A stretch of 63,864 nucleotides of DNA. Origin: Eubacteriales bacterium. GTDB lineage: Bacteria; Bacillota; Clostridia; Oscillospirales; CAG-272. The notes beneath the pieces were generated by a model. The model ran no database searches and was not told the origin of the DNA. It worked only from the letters and a program-made list of their open reading frames with translations. The translations under genes were made by a program, and so were the position numbers. Position 1 is the first letter of the stretch. Each line of letters begins with the position of its first letter. This document shows positions 16,189 through 25,732 of the stretch, one piece after another. The DNA lies in NCBI GenBank assembly GCA_045604985.1, contig JAZUPD010000017.1, forward strand, positions 1-63,864. Direction: 5' to 3'.

Positions 16189-17754
16189 TTACAGCATCGG
16201 TGCAAATATTCTGACTACCGAGCGAATGAAGCGCGTGATAAGTCCTGTTTTCAGCATATCGGAAGTCACCTTTATGGATTTCGCCATTGTTTCCTCAATA
16301 TCTTTTTTCAAATCTTTTATGGATTCACACCGATACATCCATACTCCGTTTTCAAAGTGATGAACAAGGCTGCGATAATCAAGATTGATCGTGCCGATCA
16401 TAGCGTACTCGCCATCTGCAATATAGCTCTTGGCGTGAATGAAGCCGGGCTTGTATTCATAAATCTTTACGCCTGATTTCATAAGACGGTGGTAAAAGCT
16501 TCTCGTCATACCGAAAACAAGCTTTTTGTCGGGAATGTGCGGAACGATAATACGCACGTCCACGCCGCGCAAAGCGGCGTTTTCGATACTTTGACACAGT
16601 TCATTATCTATAATAAGATAAGGCGTGGTCATATACATATATTTCGTTGCGCTTGCAAGCATATTTTGAATCACGCTCTTTCCGACTCTGCGCTCATAAA
16701 GCGGATAGGGGGCGTCACCGAACGGTATCACGTATCCGTCAGCGTGTAGATCACTTTGCTTCGGATAAAATTCGCATTTTCTTTCGGGAAGCACCTTGGC
16801 ATTTATGCCGTAATCGGTGAGGAATAGTCTTGTCAACTCCCATACGGCTTCACCTTCAAGGCGAACGCCGGTGTCCTTCCAATGTCCGAAGCGTTCAATC
16901 TTATTGATGTATTCATCAGCGATATTCACACCGCCCGTGTATCCCACCTTGCCGTCAATTACACAGATCTTACGGTGGCTTCGATTATTAAACTCACCAT
17001 CGGCTTGTCCGTGCAAGCGTGAGAATGGAGCGGCTTCAATGCCAAACTTGGCAAGATGCTTGTGATAATCACCGGGGAGCGTACTCATACAACCGATATC
17101 ATCGTAAAGTACACGGACCGTAACACCTTCGGCGGCTTTGCGCTTCAATATATCCAATATAGAGTTCCAAAACCTACCTTCTTCTATAATGAAGTATTCC
17201 ATAAATATGAACTTCTCAGCTTTTTCAAGATCTGAAAGCATCGCCTGCCACATATCCTCGCCAAGCGGATAATAAGTCTGCTTTGTGTTCTTAAACACAC
17301 TCGCACCCGATATGGAGCATAGCATCTTTGCCTGTGCCGAGGCGTGAGCGTTCTCACACTCCATTTCGTCAAGGATTTCTGCTTGATTTCTTTCATACCC
17401 ATATCTTTTCAACTCGTCAAGACGGCGTATAAATTTCTTTTGGAGCTTTCGTGAGTAAAAAAGAAATTATAGCATAAATCCTGCAATCGGCAATATAAGG
17501 ACGAACAGGAGCCACGGTACTTTGTAATCGGGGTTGTCGTCCGAAGCAATAATCTTAATGATACAGAAAATCTCCGTAACAAATGCAGCAATATAGAAAT
17601 ATGGGATGTAATAACAACAAGCTACCACAATACCGATGATAGCAAGTATCTCACAAAGCGTAATTAGAACCGCAATGATGTAACGAACGGGAATATAGTT
17701 ATATTCTCGCTCTATGGTTTCTTTGCCTGTTCTGACCTTGTATTTCTTTTTCAT
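16189..17754 (-). pseudogene. cls: Cardiolipin synthase interrupted by a single in-frame TAA (17467-17469)
   Basis: ORFs 17467..17754 (TM N-terminus ...PWLLFVLILPIAGFML*) and 16189..17412 (two PLD/HKD domains) are in the same frame. The 18 codons between them read FLFYSRKLQKKFIRRLDE, which continues the family pattern. Confidence 0.8.
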
Positions 17755-17863
17755 AGCTCTACCTCCTGAACACGATTTGCCGATTTTACACTGTTATTAT
17801 AGCAAGGTGTTGTTTTTGAAAGATTTGTGTTTTGTTTGCGTTTTGTTAAAGTAATTTTCTCAA

Positions 17864-17894
17864 CAAAAAAAGGATAGGCTTTTTCACCTATCCT
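17864..17894 (-). terminator. Intrinsic terminator in the degV-cls intergenic region
   Basis: On the minus strand: AGGATAGG-TGAAAAAG-CCTATCCT followed by TTTTTTTT. Confidence 0.7.
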
Positions 17895-18188
17895 CAATTT
17901 GTATTACGTTATGTATCTTTCTGCGCCTCCATAGCCTATCGCACTCCGAGTCGGAAGGCGTATTAGAAGATGGCTGATTCGGCAAGGCTCACGTACTCAT
18001 CCCAACAATCGTGGAACTTTTTGAAGATCTCCCTCTGCTCTTTGCCTTAAATAACATCTGGTATGAACACTCGATATTTTTTTGCCTGATTTTAAAGATA
18101 TATTAAATAATTCTTCAATAAAAAACCACGTTAGCAAAGCCGTCTCTCATGTTTATCATCAGAGACGGCTTTATTATATAATATAGTA

Positions 18189-19055
18189 TTATCGTTCCTT
18201 ACCCACGAAGAAGATGGCGATCGTACCGGGGCCTGAGTGCGCACCGATAACGGGACCTACATAGGTTACAAGCTCAATATTTACTCCGTATCTTTCCTTA
18301 AAGATATTGACGAGCAGCTTTACATCGTCGTCGCAATCACCATGGGAAATATAGACCGTACCTCCCTTTGTATTCTCGGCAAGATCTTCAAATTTATCTG
18401 CAAGGGCGTTTATTGATGCTTTTCTTCCTCTTACCGTCGATTTTTTAATGAGGTGTCCCTCGTTGTCCACATGAAGGATTGGCTTGATTCCGAGAACTGT
18501 TCCCACAAGTGCCACAGCGGGGCTTACTCTGCCGCCTCTTTTGAGGTATTTAAGGTCGTCGACCGTAAACCAATGGCATATCTTCAACTTGGTTTTTTCC
18601 GCAAATTCCGCAACCTCCTCAATGCTCGCTCCGTTCTCCTTTTCTCTAGCCGCAAGGTAAAGAAGAAGCCCGAATCCCGCAGAGGCAGCAAGACTATCCA
18701 CAGTAATTATCTTTCTTTCGGGATATTCCTTTGTCAGCTCCTCTGCTGCAAACTTTGCGGAGGCATATGTTGCACTGAGACCCGAGGAGAAGCCCAGATA
18801 AATCAGGTCCTTTCCATCTTTTAAGTACTTTTCAAAGGCGTTGCGGAATGCTTCGCCGTTTATAGCAGAGGTTTTGGCAACACCGCCTTCTCTCATTTTG
18901 TTATAAAAATCAACAACGGGCATATCACCGTTTCCGTATTCTTTATCCTCTCCCTCAAAACTGAAGGTAAGACTGAGATATTCAACACCCCATTTTGCCA
19001 GCAGTTCGGGTGCAATATCGCAAGCTGAATCGGTGAAAATTACATAGTTATTCAT
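18189..19055 (-). CDS. DegV family fatty-acid-binding protein
   Basis: The N-terminus NYVIFTDSACDI and the overall DegV pattern. The ORF is 288 aa. Confidence 0.9.
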   Translation of the reverse strand: MNNYVIFTDSACDIAPELLAKWGVEYLSLTFSFEGEDKEYGNGDMPVVDFYNKMREGGVAKTSAINGEAFRNAFEKYLKDGKDLIYLGFSSGLSATYASAKFAAEELTKEYPERKIITVDSLAASAGFGLLLYLAAREKENGASIEEVAEFAEKTKLKICHWFTVDDLKYLKRGGRVSPAVALVGTVLGIKPILHVDNEGHLIKKSTVRGRKASINALADKFEDLAENTKGGTVYISHGDCDDDVKLLVNIFKERYGVNIELVTYVGPVIGAHSGPGTIAIFFVGKER

Positions 19056-19161
19056 ATATTTCTCCTATAAAATTAAGATTTAACGATTTTCGACTTGTTG
19101 ATTTTTCAACAAGATTATTATACAACATTTATCTCCGTTTGTCAATAGTCAAAAGGACTTT

Positions 19162-19761
19162 TTACTGTTCGGCTTCTTTTTTTGACTTTTTTTCCTTGGG
19201 CTTCTCTTCTTTAACGATGGGCGGATACTTTGATTCTATCATTTGAAGCACACAGTTTTTCAGGCAATCGCAAATAGAAACCATCGACGTAAGCATTATG
19301 AGAAACTCATCAGTTTTATTGGGGTCAAGCCCGTTTTCTTCTGTAAAACGATCTACTATTCGAGAACAAAATTCACCGTCATTTTCCTTAATATCGAGGA
19401 ATCGGTCGTATGCGGAAATTAGCTTTTCTCCGTCAAAGCTTTCGTCAGAATATACACCGTCAAGGATCCGCTTTATATCGCCGATGGAGAGGATCCCTTT
19501 GAGGTGGAAGATGAGCATCATTTGAACTATATGCTCTTTTGAATATTTTTTGCCTTTGATCGGCTTTATCAGACCGTCTTTACTGTAATTATTGATCATG
19601 GTTTTGGTAAGTCCGCCGTTTTCCGAATCTTTACCGGTTTTGTCCGCAACAAGTGTCAATATCTGGTCAAGATAAAGATCGAGAGAAGGGATGTCGGTGG
19701 AGCGAAGCATTTTTCCCGAAAAGGACGAACGCATTATTTGGAGAATAAAATTATCATCCAT
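19162..19761 (-). CDS. DUF1836 domain-containing protein
   Basis: LDLYLDQILTLV...TKTMINNYSKDGLIKP...KKYSKEHI is the DUF1836 pattern, and DegV is its usual neighbour. The start was refined to MDDNF (ATG 19761). Confidence 0.7.
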   Translation of the reverse strand: MDDNFILQIMRSSFSGKMLRSTDIPSLDLYLDQILTLVADKTGKDSENGGLTKTMINNYSKDGLIKPIKGKKYSKEHIVQMMLIFHLKGILSIGDIKRILDGVYSDESFDGEKLISAYDRFLDIKENDGEFCSRIVDRFTEENGLDPNKTDEFLIMLTSMVSICDCLKNCVLQMIESKYPPIVKEEKPKEKKSKKEAEQ

Positions 19762-19865
19762 GGTTGTTTGAACCTCCATTTGCGGTTTTGTAAATAATAT
19801 GATACACCATTGTGCGCCGTTTTTCAAGTGGCTGTGAAAAAATTTATAAAAATGTAATAATTATC

Positions 19866-19894
19866 TTGACAAGAGGGAAAAAAAGAGGTATAAT
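19866..19894 (+). promoter_or_regulatory. Consensus sigma-A promoter of the TPP riboswitch-thiT unit
   Basis: TTGACA (19866-19871), a 17-nt spacer, and TATAAT (19889-19894). Confidence 0.75.
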
Positions 19895-19919
19895 GACCAT
19901 GTAAAAAAAATAATTTGTG

Positions 19920-20069
19920 ACCGCAGTCACACGCGGGGGTGCCCTTTGGCTGAGACGGAGAGATCCGAACCCTTAAAACCTGATACGGATAATACCGGCG
20001 TAGGAAGTTGTTTGATGCTTTTTTGTATTTGTTTGGCAGCTACACGTCTATTCGTGGGGCTGCTTTTTT
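19920..20069 (+). promoter_or_regulatory. TPP (THI-box) riboswitch with a terminator expression platform
   Basis: The aptamer reads GGGGTGCCC..GGCTGAGA...ACCCTTAAAACCTGATACGGATAATACCGGCGTAGGAAG, matching the THI-box consensus. It is followed by the hairpin GCAGC...GGGGCTGC and TTTTTT (about 20036-20069). Confidence 0.9.
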
Positions 20070-20092
20070 CACATGGGAAAGGAGTATTCAAA

Positions 20093-20782
20093 ATGAATAC
20101 AAAAAAGAATTTCAAAACCTACCGTCTTACACTCAGCGCCGTTATGATAGCACTCGCAACAGCACTTGCCGTTATCTGCGGTCTCATTCCGGGGCTTAGC
20201 CTGCCATATGGCGGCTCTTTTACCATTGCGAGTATGCTTCCGATAGTTATAGTGTCCTATATTTTCGGGCTTAAATGGGGCTTGTTCACCTCGCTTACCT
20301 ATTCTCTCATTCAGATGATACTTGATATTCTCATGGGCAAATCTTCGGTGATTCTTGCGCTTTTTCTACCGATAGAGGAAGGGGGACAGCCGCTTTTTTA
20401 TGCGATATCAATTATTTTTATCGACTATGTTATGGCATACGGCATCCTCTTTATCGGAGGAATTTTCAGAAAAATGAAAAAAAGGTCACTTGGAATGGCA
20501 CTAGGTGCTTTTATTGCAACTTCAGGCAGATATTTTTGCCATATTTTTTCGGGATATATTTTTTACGGCGCATATGCAGAGTGGTTTTTCTCCTCGCCCG
20601 ACGAGTTTCCTGCGGAAATGGGGCAGAAGATCCTTTCGATTTTTGATGGGCAACTGCTTGCACTTGTCTATTCGGCAGTATATAACGGACTTTATATGCT
20701 GCCCGAGATAATCATAACCACAATTGCTGCGGTGATCATTTCCAGAATACCGCAGATAAGACCTGATGAGAGCCTTTCTTAA
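20093..20782 (+). CDS. thiT: ECF transporter S component for thiamine (ThiT-like)
   Basis: A polytopic membrane protein lies directly behind a TPP riboswitch. ATG 20093 follows the RBS GGAAAGGAG. The longer track ORF (19946) would run through the riboswitch. Confidence 0.75.
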   Translation: MNTKKNFKTYRLTLSAVMIALATALAVICGLIPGLSLPYGGSFTIASMLPIVIVSYIFGLKWGLFTSLTYSLIQMILDILMGKSSVILALFLPIEEGGQPLFYAISIIFIDYVMAYGILFIGGIFRKMKKRSLGMALGAFIATSGRYFCHIFSGYIFYGAYAEWFFSSPDEFPAEMGQKILSIFDGQLLALVYSAVYNGLYMLPEIIITTIAAVIISRIPQIRPDESLS

Positions 20783-20884
20783 AAAGCTTAAAAATAGATT
20801 TAAACAATCATAAATCCCCCCTGAAATAGGTGAGAAAAACAGATATACTCACATAAAAAGGGGTGAGCGGTTGAGAGACAGACG

Positions 20885-21241
20885 GCTTGACGGAATTAAG
20901 GGTATTCTCATATTTGAGGTCGTTCTCGGACATTTTCTTGAGCTTTGCAAAGACGGTGAAATCTTGGTTACACAAAGCCTTCCGTCAGTCGCACTGTCGG
21001 ACTTTTGAAGAATAGTGAACACATTTCGGTTGACTCTGAAGGGTATATTAAAATGACGCCTAAAGGAAAAGCGTTTGCTACACAGCTTTACTAGCTCCAC
21101 ACGGTTTTGACCAATATGCTGATGGCTCTCGGTATCGACGAAGAAACAGCAAGCGAGGATGTCTGCCGTATCGAACATGTTATCAGCGACAAATCCTTCG
21201 CAGCGGTCAAGAAGTATTACTTGGATTATAAGAAGCATTAA
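20885..21241 (+). pseudogene. DtxR/MntR-family regulator pseudogene, paralogous to 11236..11610
   Basis: From 20963 the frame reads LGYTKPSVSRTVGLLKNSEHISVDSEGYIKMTPKGKAFATQLY*LHTVLTNMLMALGIDEETASEDVCRIEHVISDKSFAAVKKYYLDYKKH. The in-frame TAG is at 21092-21094. The N-terminal part is frame-disrupted, with a TGA just upstream of 20963. The same downstream hairpin is present at 21250-21277. Confidence 0.8.
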
Positions 21242-21318
21242 ATATTTAGCGGCAAGGATTTTTATGTCCTTGCCGCTGTACTTTTTAATTGTAATTTTAC
21301 CAACAAATTGATACTTGA

Positions 21319-21597
21319 TTATTTCTTATTCAAAACATTTACCGGACGAACAAAGTCAAGTTCTTCAATCGCTACCTGCCCGATCAGCACGTCGCCGTAC
21401 TGAAAGGTATGGCGAGTAGGCAACTTGCTGATTTCGCATTCCTCGATCTGAAAGATGTTCTTATATACGCCTACGATCCTTGCAGGTGATGCTGCCACGA
21501 TTATTTTAGGGTGCGTTCGGCTTACGCTTATGTGTATGTTCGGATTGGTTTTATAAAGCCTTTCTATGCCTTTTTTTATCTGTTCAATGTAATCCAT
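21319..21597 (-). CDS. veg: Veg family protein
   Basis: MDYIEQIKKGIERL...RIVGVYKNIFQIE...FQYGDVLIGQVAI follows the Veg (DUF1021) pattern. The start was refined to ATG 21597. Confidence 0.6.
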   Translation of the reverse strand: MDYIEQIKKGIERLYKTNPNIHISVSRTHPKIIVAASPARIVGVYKNIFQIEECEISKLPTRHTFQYGDVLIGQVAIEELDFVRPVNVLNKK

Positions 21598-21656
21598 TTT
21601 CAATCTCTCCCACAAAAAATGAAGCCGCCCGAATGAGACTCGGACGGCTTTGTTTG

Positions 21657-21905
21657 TCAAGCGAAATATTCGCTTACGTCGGTCTTGTCATTCAGGTGCT
21701 TTCTAACTCGAACGATAATGGACGCATCTTCCTGCTCCTCGACAGACACGATTCTGTAACGAGTCTTATTCTTCTCGAGGTCTTTCTTATACTTTTCGAC
21801 CTCCTCGCGATTGTATCTGAGTTGAGATTCCTTGCTGAAACCGCAATCTTCCTTCTGCAAAAATACAAGCGTTTGAAGAATACACCCTGCTTTTACACGC
21901 TTCAT
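21657..21905 (-). CDS. Hypothetical protein (82 aa)
   Basis: The ORF has a strong RBS (GAGAGGAGG) and a consensus promoter 150 nt upstream. No family was recognised. Confidence 0.55.
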   Translation of the reverse strand: MKRVKAGCILQTLVFLQKEDCGFSKESQLRYNREEVEKYKKDLEKNKTRYRIVSVEEQEDASIIVRVRKHLNDKTDVSEYFA

Positions 21906-22059
21906 TGTATGATCCTCCTCTCTCGATGTCGTGGCTCGGGCAGAACCGACGTAATCGTAATACAGAGAGGAGTGAGCGAAACATATAGTTTGAACGTACC
22001 TAACTGCCGCAGATATGAACAGGCTACATCGCTCTCTTGGTAGATCTTTCTACACTTAA

Positions 22060-22088
22060 ATTATATCATATTTTCACGAAAAAGTCAA
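22060..22088 (-). promoter_or_regulatory. Sigma-A promoter (TTGACT-17-TATAAT) of the 21905 gene
   Basis: On the minus strand: TTGACT (22088-22083), a 17-nt spacer, and TATAAT (22065-22060). Confidence 0.7.
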
Positions 22089-22288
22089 AGGCACTTTTTC
22101 ATAAACTTCAAAAATTTTTTTCAATATGAAGATTTTGCTTTCTGAAATATAAATTTTGAGGACTGACGGTGTAACTGTCATTTTTATGAGACTTTAATTC
22201 TTAATTCTCAGAAACCGTCCTTAAGGGTACGAAGCATTAGGTTGAGTGATTTTTTGTTTTATTCGTTATATAATTCTCTATGCAGAGG

Positions 22289-22972
22289 CTAAGAAAATAC
22301 CGAGGGGAGTATATAATTAACCTTTTCACTGGCGACTGTGCGCACTGACGTAATATAACACCCGCCTTTTTCTCTTTTTATAAACACGGCGTTGTATTCG
22401 GGGGAGACCTCGTCTCCTCTTTTGCAATAAAAGGTCATTCTGTAAGTATTTGTAGTCTCGTCAATAGATACGATATCTAGCGAAAAGGAATTCGCAACAG
22501 ACTTAACTGCGGGAATATATGCTTCGATTTTCGGCATATAGCGGAATCTTGCAGTGCTGCTATGCCTTATGTTGCCACCGTGGTTGAAATATTTATAAAG
22601 TGCGCCTTCGTATTCCGAAGCACCGATGGCGGCGGTAATTCCAAGCTCCGGATATTTTTCCGCCGCATCCTTAACGGCGGTGTTTCCGCTGAAGCGGGAA
22701 TAGTTGGTGGTCAGCAGATGGTTGAGAAGAGAATCGCCGCATTTTGAGATAGCGGAGGCGGTATCCGAGAATTCGGGAAGCCTTACCGAATCTATGGTCA
22801 AAGAGAAGATGATGTCACTAAGCTCACTTATAATGGCGGTATTTTCGGTAGCACTGCCGATAACGAACTCGTTTAAATACTCATTTGTACCCGCAGGCAA
22901 GATCTCGCTAACAGAGCATGAGGATAGCAGGAGAATAGATATTAAGACAAACGATACGATGTGACTTTTCAT
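22289..22972 (-). CDS. Putative lipoprotein
   Basis: MKSHIVSFVLISILLLSSC provides a signal peptide and lipobox. The start was refined to ATG 22972 behind the RBS GAGGAGG. Confidence 0.65.
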   Translation of the reverse strand: MKSHIVSFVLISILLLSSCSVSEILPAGTNEYLNEFVIGSATENTAIISELSDIIFSLTIDSVRLPEFSDTASAISKCGDSLLNHLLTTNYSRFSGNTAVKDAAEKYPELGITAAIGASEYEGALYKYFNHGGNIRHSSTARFRYMPKIEAYIPAVKSVANSFSLDIVSIDETTNTYRMTFYCKRGDEVSPEYNAVFIKREKGGCYITSVRTVASEKVNYILPSVFS

Positions 22973-23206
22973 CAAAAGCTCCTCCTCTTTTACCATATAC
23001 GTCATTATACCAAAAAAAATCAAAAAGGTCAATAGTCAATTACCCAATGTAACAAATAAAACCGAAAGTAAATATCATGTTAATAAAGAAATTCCTCAAA
23101 AAGCAAAAAAACCCATGGAGAAATAATGTAGGCTGTGATTAAAGAAATCCACATTCGGGGAAAATAGTACTGAAAGTTGCAAAGGAAGTATTAAACGGAG
23201 GGAAAA

Positions 23207-23590
23207 ATGAGCGTTAAGCGCGGTGATATTTATTATGCGGATCTCAGCCCCGTGGTGGGCTCGGAGCAGGGCGGAATGAGACCTGTTCTCATCATACAGA
23301 ACGACGTTGGAAACAGATATAGCCCAACTGTGATAGCGGCGGCGATAACGAGCCGCATGGGAAAGACCAGACTGCCCACTCATATCGACATATATGCCGA
23401 CAAGGTTGGTTTAACAAAGGATTCGGTCATTCTTTTGGAGCAGGTGAGGACTCTTGACAAAAAGCGTCTGGGAGAAAAGATGGGACATCTTGATGAAGAA
23501 ATGATGACAGCGGTCAATAACGCCATTGCGGTCAGCTTTGGCCTCGGAAATACTGCTCCCGATAACGGAGAAGGCACTCCGAGAGCGTGA
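23207..23590 (+). CDS. mazF: Type II toxin MazF/PemK (EndoA-like mRNA interferase)
   Basis: [47 protein letters not shown]...LPTHI...[17 protein letters not shown] is near-collinear with B. subtilis EndoA. A short C-terminal extension is present. Confidence 0.9.
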   Translation: MSVKRGDIYYADLSPVVGSEQGGMRPVLIIQNDVGNRYSPTVIAAAITSRMGKTRLPTHIDIYADKVGLTKDSVILLEQVRTLDKKRLGEKMGHLDEEMMTAVNNAIAVSFGLGNTAPDNGEGTPRA

Positions 23591-23647
23591 TTTTTTTGTT
23601 CAATTTTGATAATAATTAAGAATTTAACATAAATTTTTCTCAAAGCC

Positions 23648-23676
23648 TTGATTTTGCGGACTTTTCATGTTAAAAT
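23648..23676 (+). promoter_or_regulatory. Sigma-A promoter of fba
   Basis: TTGATT (23648-23653), a 17-nt spacer, and TAAAAT (23671-23676). Confidence 0.6.
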
Positions 23677-23718
23677 ATAAATGTTTGAAATTTTTTGAAA
23701 AATCAAAGGAGTGGAAAA

Positions 23719-24678
23719 ATGGCACTAGTAACAACCAAGGAAATGTTCAAAAAGGCTTATGCCGGAGGATACGCTATTGGCGCATTCAACATAAACAATA
23801 TGGAGATTATCCAGGCCATCACGGAGGCTGCCGAGGAAACAAAGTCACCCGTTATTCTCCAGGTTTCCGCAGGTGCAAGAAAGTATGCTAAGCATGAGTA
23901 TCTGCTTGCTCTGGCTCAGGCTGCTGTTAAGGATAGCGGTGTTGATCTCGCTCTCCACCTTGACCACGGAGCAGATTTTGAGATCTGCAAGGCTTGTATC
24001 GACGGCGGATTTACTTCCGTTATGATTGACGGCTCTCACCATGCTTATGAGGACAACATCGCACTCACGAAGAAGGTGGTTGAGTATGCTCACGAGCGAG
24101 GAGTTGTTGTTGAAGGTGAGCTTGGCGTTCTTGCAGGTGTTGAGGATGATGTCGTTGCTGAGCATTCCTCTTATACACGCCCCGAGGAGGTCGAGGATTT
24201 CGTAACACGCACAGGCGTTGACTCCCTCGCTATATCCATCGGTACATCCCATGGTGCATTTAAGTTTACACCCAAGCAGTGTACGAGAAATGAGAAGGGT
24301 ATTCTCGTTCCTCCTCCGCTTCGCTTTGATATTCTTGAGGAGATCGAGAAGAGGCTTCCCGAATTTCCCATTGTTCTTCACGGTGCATCCAGTGTTCCAC
24401 AGGATCTTGTTGCTGAGATCAATTCTCTCGGCGGTAAGATGCCCGATGCAGTCGGTATTCCCGAGGAGCAGCTCCGCCAGGCTGCAAAGATGGCTGTTTG
24501 TAAGATCAATATCGACTCGGATATCCGTGTTGCAATGACAGCGGGCATTCGCAGAGTATTCACAAACGAACCCTCAGTTTTCGACCCCAGAGGATATCTC
24601 TCTGTTGCTCGCGATGAGGTAAAGAAGATGGTCAAGCACAAGATCGTTAATGTTCTTGGATCTGCTAATACTCTTTGA
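23719..24678 (+). CDS. fba: Class II fructose-1,6-bisphosphate aldolase
   Basis: The translation reads MALVTTKEMFKKAYAGGYAIGAFNINNME...LHLDHG...SIGTSHG. The start was refined to ATG 23719 behind the RBS AAGGAG. Confidence 0.9.
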   Translation: MALVTTKEMFKKAYAGGYAIGAFNINNMEIIQAITEAAEETKSPVILQVSAGARKYAKHEYLLALAQAAVKDSGVDLALHLDHGADFEICKACIDGGFTSVMIDGSHHAYEDNIALTKKVVEYAHERGVVVEGELGVLAGVEDDVVAEHSSYTRPEEVEDFVTRTGVDSLAISIGTSHGAFKFTPKQCTRNEKGILVPPPLRFDILEEIEKRLPEFPIVLHGASSVPQDLVAEINSLGGKMPDAVGIPEEQLRQAAKMAVCKINIDSDIRVAMTAGIRRVFTNEPSVFDPRGYLSVARDEVKKMVKHKIVNVLGSANTL

Positions 24679-24916
24679 TTTAAAGAATAAAAAAGAAAAT
24701 AGGTGCTGAATCGCTAGGGTGAATCAGCGCCCTTTTTCAAACAGGAATTTGTCAAGAAGTTTCCGCAGACACCGTATTGTAAAGTTTTGCTCAAGATTTT
24801 TCAAAAGGTCGATCAAAACCTTTACCTGCAGAGGTCTCATCTCGCTCCGACAAATTCCCGTTTGCAAAAAGGAGTTGCTTCATTTTTTGGTGAATTCTCC
24901 TATAAAATGAGGATAT

Positions 24917-25672
24917 ATGAAATTTAAGGAAAAATATAAGGTTCTTTTTCACGATACCGATACCAATGGCATAATTTATCCCACAAGGCTCTTTATGTTT
25001 CTTCAGGAGACAGCGCACGGACACACCGATTCGGTCGGATGTTCTCCCGAGATCATGATAGAGAGAGACGGAGGTTGCTTTTGGCTGACGAGAATTTGCG
25101 TAAGCATACTTTCGGATATACATTTCGGGGACGAGCTTGAAGTGATAACGTTTGCCACAAACGACAGCCGTGGCTTTAGCTTTAACCGCTCGTTTGAGAT
25201 ATACAGGGAAGGCGAGAAGGTCTGCGAGGCATATTCCGTATGGGCGCTTATGAATATAACTACCATGCGTCCCATGGCGGTAAAGGACTGGAATATCGAC
25301 CTTGGTCTTGAAGACCCCGTTAAGCCTGCCGCACCCATCCATGTAAGGATACCCAAAGATATCGAGCTTTCAGCTTCAGGCAGCCAAAGAGTATATTACC
25401 GCGATGTTGACTATAACGGGCATATGAATAATGCCCGTTATCCCGATGTTTTGTGCGGATTTTTGCCGGAAGAAGCTTTATTTGGCAAGAGAATTTCGGA
25501 GATAAGTATAAGCTTTATGCACGAGGCGTCAAAGGGCGAGATTATCGAGGGCTTTTGTGGCAGAGATACCGAGGATGAAAGCGTTTATTATGTCAAAACA
25601 ACCCGTACTTCGGATAATAATGTAAATGTTGAGGCAAGAATCAAGCTTGCAGATGTTACTGCTTTAAAATGA
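24917..25672 (+). CDS. Acyl-ACP thioesterase
   Basis: It has two hotdog halves, with DTDTNGIIYP in the N-terminal half and YRDVDYNGHMNNARY in the C-terminal half. Confidence 0.8.
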   Translation: MKFKEKYKVLFHDTDTNGIIYPTRLFMFLQETAHGHTDSVGCSPEIMIERDGGCFWLTRICVSILSDIHFGDELEVITFATNDSRGFSFNRSFEIYREGEKVCEAYSVWALMNITTMRPMAVKDWNIDLGLEDPVKPAAPIHVRIPKDIELSASGSQRVYYRDVDYNGHMNNARYPDVLCGFLPEEALFGKRISEISISFMHEASKGEIIEGFCGRDTEDESVYYVKTTRTSDNNVNVEARIKLADVTALK

Positions 25673-25732
25673 CAAAAATTATAGGAGCTAAGCCTAAAAA
25701 ACGCTTAGCTCCTACCTATATATATCTATATT

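Noticed and set aside
17864-18095. SRP RNA, 6S RNA or a T-box as the identity of the degV-cls intergenic transcript.
   Set aside because: The conserved SRP domain IV sequence (GGAAGCAGCC-type) is absent. The 5' and 3' ends do not pair into a 6S-like rod. No T-box GGTGGTACC motif is present.
19946-20092. An N-terminal extension of the thiT ORF, since the track ORF starts at 19946.
   Set aside because: The extension would be translated from the TPP riboswitch aptamer and its terminator. ATG 20093 has a proper RBS and begins the signal/TM region.
11855-21094. The idea that in-frame TGA (thioesterase), TAA (cls) and TAG (DtxR copy) reflect stop-codon reassignment or programmed readthrough.
   Set aside because: Three different stop codons are involved. 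All three are also used as genuine terminators of many intact genes in the window (for example TGA at GldG and gpx, TAA at feoB). Two of the three loci show additional damage such as truncation or frameshift. Ordinary pseudogenisation or sequencing error is the simpler explanation.
20849-21238. A 129-aa minus-strand ORF.
   Set aside because: It is antisense to the clearly recognisable plus-strand DtxR-family pseudogene.
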